A stretch of DNA of 24,316 bases from Candidatus Tepidifontimicrobium thermophilum. GTDB lineage: Bacteria > Sysuimicrobiota > Sysuimicrobiia > Sysuimicrobiales > Sysuimicrobiaceae. This document shows positions 17,883 to 24,316 of this stretch, one piece after another; within the stretch, counting starts at the first letter, position 1, and each line of letters begins with the position of its first letter. Position numbers and translations under genes: made by a program. The notes under the pieces are model-generated. The model had not been told where the DNA came from, did not search any database, and saw nothing but the letters and a program-made list of their open reading frames with translations. The stretch is from contig JAVKHO010000021.1 of assembly GCA_031459915.1 (NCBI GenBank), positions 15,709-40,024 on the forward strand, in the 5' to 3' direction.

Positions 17883-18215
17883 ATGCGGCGGATGGTGTGG
17901 GTTGCCCTTTTCATCGCGGCCCTGCTTGCGACCAGCGGCCTGGTGTGGGCCCACGGGCCCGCCCGGACTGCACCCGCTCTGCCCTCCGCAAGTCCCGCAC
18001 ACGGGCCTGGGCAGACGCACGGGGCGATGAGCCCGATGATGCAGGATCCGGAGGCCACGCGGTCCATGATGGACGCGTGCGTTCAGGCCATGCAGGACCC
18101 CCAGATGCAGCGGCACATGTGGGAGCACATGTCGGGTCCCGGAATGCGGCGCACGATGGGGGACACGATGCGGAGCATGCCCGGCATGCCGATGATGCCG
18201 ATGATGCCCAGATAG
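17883..18215 (+). CDS. Small secreted Met/His-rich protein (candidate copper-binding)
   Basis: SD GGGAGG, Sec signal ending VWA|H, 18 Met in residues 49-108. Confidence 0.8.
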   Translation: MRRMVWVALFIAALLATSGLVWAHGPARTAPALPSASPAHGPGQTHGAMSPMMQDPEATRSMMDACVQAMQDPQMQRHMWEHMSGPGMRRTMGDTMRSMPGMPMMPMMPR

Positions 18216-18218
18216 GCT

Positions 18219-19181
18219 GTGGTGGCTGGGTCCCGGACACTCGCACGTGGGCCCGTGTTCGCCGCCCCCTGGGCGGTATCCGCAGTCGCGGTGTTGGCTA
18301 TCGCCGGCTGCGCTGCGGACCGGCTGGCCACCGAGGCGGAGGTCCGGGAGATCCCCGGGCCGCACATCCACGGTCTCGCGGTGGACCCCTTAAGGCCCGA
18401 GGTCGTGTGGGTGGCCGCCCACGGCGGGCTGCTTCGGATCCGCAACGGCCGTTGGGAGCGGGTCGGCAACCATACCTACGACCACATGGGCTTCTTGGTG
18501 CATCCCCGACAGCCCCGTGTCCTCCTGACCAGCGGCCACCCGGGGCCGCAAGACCGCCGTCCCAACCCCTTAGGCGTGGAGGTAAGCCGCGACGCTGGGC
18601 TGAGCTGGCAACCGCTTGCCCTGACCGGGGAAGCTGACTTCCACGCCGCGGCCCAGAGCTGGTCGGATCCCGGGGTACTGTACGGCTGGAACGTGGCCCG
18701 ACGCACCGGACTTTACCGGAGCCGGGACGGTGGTCGGACCTGGGCCTACCTGGGCGAGCGGGGCCTGTCCGGGGTCTTCTCTTTGACGGTCCACCCTCGG
18801 AATCCCAATACCGTGTTCGCCGCCACCCGGGAGGGGCTGGTCGTGAGCCGTGACGGAGGCGAGCGCTGGCAACGCCTGGACGGGCCCCTGGGCCGCATTC
18901 CCGTAACGGCCCTGGCCTTTCATCCCCGGGAGCCGTACCGGGTGTACGCCTACGCCGCCTCTTCGGAGCTCGGACTGGTGCTGAGCACCGACGGCGGGAG
19001 CACCTGGAGCTCCCTGGGTGTGTTCCTCGGCGGGCAGGACGCGGTAGGCCAACTGGCTCTGGATCCCGCCGACCCGAAGACCCTGTACCTCAGTACATTC
19101 TCCGCGGACCTGTACCGGTCTGCGGACGGAGGAAAGACGCTTCAGAGGCTCGTGGAAAAGGGTAGGGTGCTGGCACCGTGA
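18219..19181 (+). CDS. BNR/Asp-box beta-propeller lipoprotein (F510_1955-like)
   Basis: Lipobox IAGC, HIHGLAVDP, DHMGF, SGHPG, DFH, repeated SxDGGxTW Asp-boxes. Exact start uncertain. Confidence 0.8.
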   Translation: MVAGSRTLARGPVFAAPWAVSAVAVLAIAGCAADRLATEAEVREIPGPHIHGLAVDPLRPEVVWVAAHGGLLRIRNGRWERVGNHTYDHMGFLVHPRQPRVLLTSGHPGPQDRRPNPLGVEVSRDAGLSWQPLALTGEADFHAAAQSWSDPGVLYGWNVARRTGLYRSRDGGRTWAYLGERGLSGVFSLTVHPRNPNTVFAATREGLVVSRDGGERWQRLDGPLGRIPVTALAFHPREPYRVYAYAASSELGLVLSTDGGSTWSSLGVFLGGQDAVGQLALDPADPKTLYLSTFSADLYRSADGGKTLQRLVEKGRVLAP

Positions 19182-19624
19182 CGCGGCCACCGCAGGAACC
19201 CGACATTACCACCTTGCGCCTGGACCGGCCCGGGATCCGGGCGGTGCTGGGGGACCTGGAGGCACAGATCATGGAGATCATCTGGTCCCGCCCTCCGGGC
19301 GAGGGGGTCACCGTGCGGGACGTCTTTGAGGAGCTGTACCCGCGCCGCCGGATCGCCTACACGACCGTGATGAACACCATGGTGCGCCTGGCCCGGAAAG
19401 GCCTGCTTTCCGCAGAGCGCCGGGAACCCGCGTACGTGTACCGGGCGACCCTGGGCCGGCAGGAGTTCGTGGATCGGTTCGTGAAGCGGGCCCTGGAACA
19501 ACTGCTGGTAAACTTCGGCGGCGTCGCTGCGGAGCGGCTGCGAGACTACCTGGGCCCGCAGACACGGACACGCCTCCTGCGCCTTGTGCAGGAGGCTCGG
19601 TCGCGCCGCCGCGGGCAACGATGA
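19178..19624 (+). CDS. BlaI/MecI/CopY family transcriptional repressor
   Basis: LGDLEAQIMEIIW, TVRDV, IAYTTVMNTMVRLARKGLL, AYVY. No cysteines. Confidence 0.92.
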   Translation: MTRPPQEPDITTLRLDRPGIRAVLGDLEAQIMEIIWSRPPGEGVTVRDVFEELYPRRRIAYTTVMNTMVRLARKGLLSAERREPAYVYRATLGRQEFVDRFVKRALEQLLVNFGGVAAERLRDYLGPQTRTRLLRLVQEARSRRRGQR

Positions 19625-20565
19625 CGGGCTTGCGGTTCGTCCTGGGCTCCCTGGCGCTCGCCGCCCTGCTGAGCGGAGGGTCCGCCCTCCTCCTGCGGCT
19701 GGTGCCCGTGGGGGGCCGTCGCCCGCTGGGCTTCGTCGTGCTGGGCCTGCCCCTTTTCGTCTTGGGGCTCTCGACGGCACACCTGCTGGGGTGGTACCGG
19801 GCCGACTGTGCTTCACTTCGCGGGTGGGACCAGGCGGGTAGCCTGGGGCTACTGGTCCTGCTGTGGGGGAGCGTGGCGTGGGCTCTGATGCGAAACTTGC
19901 TGCGCTTGCGCACCGCCCGTCGGTTGTTGGGCAGCTGGCCCGCCCTGGAACACCCTGCCCTGGTACAGCACCTCGCGCCGGTGTGCGAGCAGTGGAAATT
20001 CCCGCTCCCGCGCCTGCGGGTCCTGGACACCTCTTCCCCTGCAGCCATGAGCGGCTGGCTCGGCGGACCTACGGTGGTCGTCTCCCGGTGGCTCCTGGAA
20101 CACCTCGATGGCGACGAGCTAGAAGCCGTGCTGGCCCACGAGCTGGCCCACCTGTTCCGGCGTGCGGGTGCGGTCCTGTGGGCCGTACGGTTGCTCCGCG
20201 ACTCCGTGTGGTACCTGCCGTGGGCCGCGCGGACTCTCGAACTCCTGGAGGGGGAGGAGGAGCTCGAGGCCGACGCGCTGGCTGCGAAGCTCACCGGGCG
20301 GCCGCTGGCTCTGGCCTCGGCCCTGGGCCGCTTCACGGAGTACGGCTTGCCGGATGGCCGGGCTCTGCCAGCCTTCCGGCACAGTGCTGCCTGGGTCCTG
20401 GAGGAGCGGCTGCGGCGCTTGGTGGAGGGTCAGGCGAAGCCGGGCAGCAGGCTGGCTGGAAGCCTGCTGGCGGGAGGGTTCGCCGCCGCCGCATGGCGAG
20501 CGATCCCTTCCTATCTGGCAGCGTCCGCCGCGGCGCTGCCCGTGTACTGCCGGATTGCACCCTAG
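19621..20565 (+). CDS. M56 family (BlaR1-like) membrane zinc metalloprotease without penicillin-binding domain
   Basis: N-terminal TM helices, ELEAVLAHELAH, EELEAD, LASAL, LEERLRRL. ATGA-coupled to the BlaI-family gene. Confidence 0.87.
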   Translation: MTGLRFVLGSLALAALLSGGSALLLRLVPVGGRRPLGFVVLGLPLFVLGLSTAHLLGWYRADCASLRGWDQAGSLGLLVLLWGSVAWALMRNLLRLRTARRLLGSWPALEHPALVQHLAPVCEQWKFPLPRLRVLDTSSPAAMSGWLGGPTVVVSRWLLEHLDGDELEAVLAHELAHLFRRAGAVLWAVRLLRDSVWYLPWAARTLELLEGEEELEADALAAKLTGRPLALASALGRFTEYGLPDGRALPAFRHSAAWVLEERLRRLVEGQAKPGSRLAGSLLAGGFAAAAWRAIPSYLAASAAALPVYCRIAP

Positions 20566-20647
20566 CGAGGACACCGGTGGGAGCTATCGTGCCCGGATGG
20601 CTTCGAGTGCAACCGGCGATTGGCCGAGCTGAGTCGGGAGGTCGAAC

Positions 20648-21079
20648 GTGATGGAGTCCCTGGTCCTGCTCCTCCTGCTCCTGGCCTGCCCGGTGGGCAT
20701 GGGGGTAGGCGTGTGGCTGGGCGCACGCCGGGGATCGCAGCCCTCCCCCACGCCCCTGCCCGATGCGCCTGTTCTGCATGCCCGCGCGGACCTCCACGAG
20801 CAACCGGCCGCAGAGCCTGACACGGCTGCGCAGGCACGTCCTTTCCGCTTCCTGTGGCTGGACTGGCGGCTCGTAGGGTCAGTCGCGCTGGCAGGTGTGC
20901 TCCTGTGGCGGGTGGCACCCCAGCTGCTGCCGCCCGCCGTGATCCTGCTCCTGTTACTCGCCTGCCCGGTCTCCCATTACCTCTTGATGCGGGGCGCGCC
21001 GGGTGCTTCGTGCCATTCCGGCACCGCAGGACCGTTGGGCGGCCCAGCGGGTCCGTACCCGGCCCGCGGGCGGAGGTGA
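20648..21079 (+). CDS. Small membrane protein with two DUF2933-like LLLLACP motifs
   Basis: SD GGGAGG. LLLLACPVGM and LLLLACPVSHYLLMRG..SCH. Confidence 0.65.
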   Translation: MMESLVLLLLLLACPVGMGVGVWLGARRGSQPSPTPLPDAPVLHARADLHEQPAAEPDTAAQARPFRFLWLDWRLVGSVALAGVLLWRVAPQLLPPAVILLLLLACPVSHYLLMRGAPGASCHSGTAGPLGGPAGPYPARGRR

Positions 21080-21117
21080 GGAGGGGTTCGGGACTCGCGG
21101 GCACACTGGAGGCCAAC

Positions 21118-21708
21118 GTGGGGGCTGAGGACACGCGAGGAGCCCGTAGGGGGCCTAAAATCGCTGCGGTTGCCCTCCTCCCGGTAATCGGGTTGATGGG
21201 TGTGCTATGGTCCGCGCTGGTACGCGGGCAGACGGCGGGCCGCAGCGGGCTCGCCATCAACACGACAGGGCGCGCGGGGCAGGTGCAGGTGCGCCCCGCA
21301 CCCAACTTCGAGCTGCGGCTGTTCGACGGAGGGGCCTTTCGTCTTGTGGACCAGCGCGGCAAGCTGGTGGTGGTCAACTTCTGGGCCTCGTGGTGCCCGC
21401 CGTGCCGGGACGAGGCGCCGGAACTCGCAGCAGCCTGGCGCGCTCTCGGCCCTGCGGGTACGGTGTTCTTGGGAATCAACGTGTGGGACTCGGAGGAGTC
21501 CGCGCGGGCGATCCTCGAGGCGTACCGGGTCCCCTACCCAAACGGGCCCGACCCGCAAGGGCGGATCCTTGTGGATTTCGGCGTAACGGGGATCCCTGAG
21601 ACGTACGTGGTGGACCGCACGGGCAGACTGGTGCGGCGGTGGGTGGGCCCCATTACCCGGCAGGAACTGGTCAGGCTCGTGGAGGGCGTTCGGAGGTCGG
21701 CACCGTGA
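21118..21708 (+). CDS. TlpA/ResA-like membrane-anchored thiol-disulfide reductase
   Basis: APNFEL, VVNFWASWCPPC, GVTGIPET. GTG at 21118 after GGAGG (alternative start 21076). Confidence 0.9.
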   Translation: MGAEDTRGARRGPKIAAVALLPVIGLMGVLWSALVRGQTAGRSGLAINTTGRAGQVQVRPAPNFELRLFDGGAFRLVDQRGKLVVVNFWASWCPPCRDEAPELAAAWRALGPAGTVFLGINVWDSEESARAILEAYRVPYPNGPDPQGRILVDFGVTGIPETYVVDRTGRLVRRWVGPITRQELVRLVEGVRRSAP

Positions 21709-22538
21709 GCCCGGACGGCGCTGTGCGGAAAGGAACACGTGTTGATCCTGTGGGGTTCGCGTTCGCCGTGGCGGGGCTCGGCGTCGGTTTGGCCCTGGTG
21801 GCCTCCACCAAGGCCCTGTACCTGGCCCAGGGCCAGCTGGCCGCAGCCGTGAGCTGGCTACCCGTCGGGTACGCCTTCGCTGCGGGGATGGTAGCCGCCG
21901 TCAACCCGTGCGGCATTCTCCTCCTCCCGTCCCTGGCGGCCTTTGCCCTGGTGGGACCGGGAGGAAGCGCTCCGGGATCGGGGAAAGCCCGGCCGTGGCG
22001 TGCGCTGGCGCTGGGCCTGACCGCCACCGTGGGGTTTGTGGTGCTGTTCGGGATAGCCGGAGGGGTGTTCGCGGCGGGCGGCCGCGCGCTGGCACGGTTC
22101 TTCCCGTACGGCGGTCTGCTGGTGGGAGCGGGACTCGTAGCCCTGGGAACCTTCCTGGTCCTGTCGGGGCGCGAGCTGGGGGTCTTCGCGGTCAGCCGGG
22201 TGTGGGAGCGGGCGCGCCCGGGTTCGGGCCTTGTGTCGTTCTTCGCCTTCGGGGTCGCCTACGGCGTCTGCTCCCTGGCCTGCACCCTGCCGGTGTTCCT
22301 GGCGGTGGTGGGGACCGCCCTAGCTGCGGAGAGCCTGCTGGCGGCCGCGGGCCGCTTCCTCGGTTACGCCCTCGGTATGGGGACGGTCCTCACCGCTGCC
22401 CTCGTCGGCGTGAGCCTGTTCGAAGCCACCGTGATGCGCTGGGTACGCGTCCTGGTCCCCCACGTGCACCGCGCGGCGGCGGCCTTCCTGGTGGCCGCGG
22501 GGGTGTACACGGTGGGCTACTGGTGGCGCGCCCTCTGA
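21705..22538 (+). CDS. ccdA: CcdA family (DsbD transmembrane domain) electron transporter
   Basis: AFAAGMVAAVNPCG..LP, SLACTLP, YALGMG. GTGA overlap with the upstream TlpA gene. Confidence 0.85.
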   Translation: MSPDGAVRKGTRVDPVGFAFAVAGLGVGLALVASTKALYLAQGQLAAAVSWLPVGYAFAAGMVAAVNPCGILLLPSLAAFALVGPGGSAPGSGKARPWRALALGLTATVGFVVLFGIAGGVFAAGGRALARFFPYGGLLVGAGLVALGTFLVLSGRELGVFAVSRVWERARPGSGLVSFFAFGVAYGVCSLACTLPVFLAVVGTALAAESLLAAAGRFLGYALGMGTVLTAALVGVSLFEATVMRWVRVLVPHVHRAAAAFLVAAGVYTVGYWWRAL

Positions 22539-22544
22539 GGGACC

Positions 22545-23108
22545 GTGCGCCGCTGGCGCTGGCTCCTGTTCCTGGTCGTACCCCTGGTGCTGGCCACGGG
22601 GTGGGTCCTCCGGCGGGCACAGGTGCCCACGACGCCGCAGGTGTTCTCGGCACCCCGGCCCCTGCCCACGGGCAGCCCCCTGGGTCGTCCCGCTCCGGGC
22701 TTCCTGCGGGAGACCCTGGACCGACGCGAACTCGCCCTGTCCGAGCTCCTGGGTAAGCCGGTGGTCCTCAACTTCTGGGCTTCCTGGTGCGCGCCGTGCC
22801 GGGCCGAAGCCCCCACTCTTGCGCAAGCCGCCCGCCGGTTCCGGGGCCGGGTGCACTTCGTAGGGGTCAACGTCGCGGACGAAATTCAGGAGGCCCGTCG
22901 CTTCGCCGAACAGTACGGTTTACCGTTCCCGTCTGTGCTGGACGACGACGGGAGCCTCCTGCGCGCGTACCGGGTGGTGGGTCTGCCCACCACGGTGTTC
23001 GTGACTGCGTCTGGCGTCATCCGCGACGTGCACGCAGGGCCCTTCCTGGGGGCCGAAGGTGCCCGGCGCCTGGAAGCCTACCTGCTCCGACTGCTGAAGG
23101 AGCCCTAA
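22545..23108 (+). CDS. Second TlpA/ResA-like thiol-disulfide reductase
   Basis: N-terminal TM helix, VVLNFWASWCAPC, VVGLPTTVFV. Confidence 0.9.
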   Translation: MRRWRWLLFLVVPLVLATGWVLRRAQVPTTPQVFSAPRPLPTGSPLGRPAPGFLRETLDRRELALSELLGKPVVLNFWASWCAPCRAEAPTLAQAARRFRGRVHFVGVNVADEIQEARRFAEQYGLPFPSVLDDDGSLLRAYRVVGLPTTVFVTASGVIRDVHAGPFLGAEGARRLEAYLLRLLKEP

Positions 23109-23289
23109 CGCCCTACCCCTCACTGCACACCCGCCATCGCGAGCCCGCCCAGTCGGATCTGGACGTACACCAGGTACCCTCCCGCGGCCACCATGCCCAG
23201 GGCCCCATCTCGTCCGGGAGCACGGCTTGCTGGCTCCCCGGTCGCCGGGCCCGCCGGACCCATACCAGGCGGCAGCGGCCCCGTACCGT

Positions 23290-23319
23290 TTGACGCTCCT
23301 GGGGGGAAGTTGCTAGGAT
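23290..23319 (+). promoter_or_regulatory. sigma70 promoter of csoR-copA
   Basis: TTGACG-18 nt-TAGGAT with a TG extended -10. Confidence 0.7.
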
Positions 23320-23328
23320 GGCCCTGGA

Positions 23329-23350
23329 CCCCTCCCCGGGGGGGGAGGGG
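23329..23350. promoter_or_regulatory. CsoR-type operator (C-tract/G-tract inverted repeat)
   Basis: CCCCTCCCC-GGGG-GGGGAGGGG between the -10 element and the SD of csoR. Confidence 0.65.
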
Positions 23351-23361
23351 AGGAGGCGAAG

Positions 23362-23679
23362 GTGGCGGTACGAGCGCAACACGGCAGGACCTTCCAGGGT
23401 ACCGACCCCCGGGCGAAGGACCAGATCCTGGCCCGGCTGCGCAGCATCGAGGGGCACGTGCGCGGCATCCTGCGCATGGTGGAGGAGGACGCGTACTGCA
23501 TCGACGTCCTCCGGCAGACCAAGGCGGTGCAGAGCGCCCTGGATCGGGTGAACGCGCTGCTCCTGCAGCGGCACCTGAACCACTGCGTAACCACCGCCAT
23601 CCGCTCCGACGACCCCGGAGAGCGGGAGCGGGTGATCCAGGAGTTGCTGGAGGTGTTCGAGGCAGGAGGTGGGCGATGA
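23362..23679 (+). CDS. csoR: Copper-sensing repressor CsoR
   Basis: RLRSIEGHVRGI..YCIDVL..HLNHCV (Cys-His-Cys Cu(I) ligands). SD AGGAGG. Confidence 0.92.
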   Translation: MAVRAQHGRTFQGTDPRAKDQILARLRSIEGHVRGILRMVEEDAYCIDVLRQTKAVQSALDRVNALLLQRHLNHCVTTAIRSDDPGERERVIQELLEVFEAGGGR

Positions 23680-24316
23680 GCCGGGTGATTCTCCCCATCG
23701 AGGGCATGTCCTGTGCCTCGTGCGTGGCCAACGTGGAAGGGGCACTCCAGCGGCTCCCCGGCGTCCGCGAGGTCCGGGTGAACCTGGCCACGGAGCAGGC
23801 CACGGTGGAGTACGACCCTTCTAGCGTGGACGTGCGGGCCATGCAACGGGCTATAGAGGAGATCGGCTACGGCCTGCGGAGCGCCACCGCCTACCTGCAC
23901 GTCACGGGCATGAGCTGCGCATCCTGCGTGGAAAACGTCCGCCGCGCCCTCGCGTCCCTGCCCGGCGTGCTCGCCGCCTCCGTGAACCTCAGCACGGAAA
24001 CCGCCCGGGTGGACTACGTGCCCGGCGTGGTGACGGTCCGAGAGATGGTGGCCGCGGTGCGCGAGGTCGGCTACGGGGCGGAGGAGAAGGTGGAGGGTGC
24101 CGCGGCCCTGGACCGCGAGCAGGAGGCCCGCCGCCGGGAGATCCGGCGTCAGCACACCAACCTCCTGGTGGCGACCCCCCTCGCCCTTCTGGTCATGCTG
24201 GGGACCTTCCAGCCCTACGGGTTCCTTTCTCGGATCGTCCCCGAGTTCCTGCACAACAAGCTGGTCCTGTTCCTGCTCACCACACCCCTCGTGGCCGGCC
24301 CCGGCTCGCAGTTCTT
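23676..24316 (+). CDS. copA: Cu(I)-translocating P1B-type ATPase, N-terminal part (runs off the window; absent from the ORF track)
   Basis: ATG overlaps the csoR stop. MSRVILPIEGMSCASC.. and HVTGMSCASC.. give two HMA domains, followed by the first TM helices. Confidence 0.9.
   Translation, partial: MSRVILPIEGMSCASCVANVEGALQRLPGVREVRVNLATEQATVEYDPSSVDVRAMQRAIEEIGYGLRSATAYLHVTGMSCASCVENVRRALASLPGVLAASVNLSTETARVDYVPGVVTVREMVAAVREVGYGAEEKVEGAAALDREQEARRREIRRQHTNLLVATPLALLVMLGTFQPYGFLSRIVPEFLHNKLVLFLLTTPLVAGPGSQF

Noticed and set aside
17826..18067. N-terminal part of ORF 17162..18067 as real protein
   Set aside because: It is antisense to the Met-rich gene and spans the promoter. The Tat-bearing ATG at 17825 is the better start.
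19178..20565. Beta-lactam resistance regulators (blaI/blaR1) or a true CopY
   Set aside because: No penicillin-binding domain or beta-lactamase is nearby, and the repressor has no Cys, so direct CopY-style Cu sensing is unsupported.
1..24316. CRISPR array, IS element, prophage or defence system
   Set aside because: No regularly spaced repeats, terminal inverted repeats, transposase, phage or nuclease-effector genes were recognised.

Overview
GC-rich bacterial chromosomal segment with frequent GTG starts and GTGA/ATGA translational coupling. No transposase, integrase or CRISPR array is visible. The left ~17 kb is mostly minus-strand housekeeping: MFS transporter 3' end, VOC protein, tRNA-Arg(CCG), FAH-family and amidohydrolase pair, pth-tatC-Mo oxidoreductase-metG-tatD-M48 peptidase, rplY, a pstSCAB-phoU-arsC operon with 11-bp Pho-box-like repeats, divergent sppA, a second amidohydrolase and a DUF355 adenosine-kinase-family gene. 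The right ~7 kb is an accessory copper/thiol-redox block. A doubly frameshifted Tat-type Rieske gene diverges from an operon encoding a secreted Met-rich protein, a His-motif beta-propeller lipoprotein, a BlaI-family repressor, a sensor-domain-less M56 (BlaR1-like) protease, a tandem DUF2933-like membrane protein and TlpA-CcdA-TlpA, followed by csoR-copA. A perfect TACTAC-N5-GTAGTA palindrome lies between the divergent genes. The best candidate for a poorly described system is this BlaI/BlaR-like pair apparently repurposed to control envelope copper/disulfide functions. All family calls come from motif recognition by eye, not from database searches.
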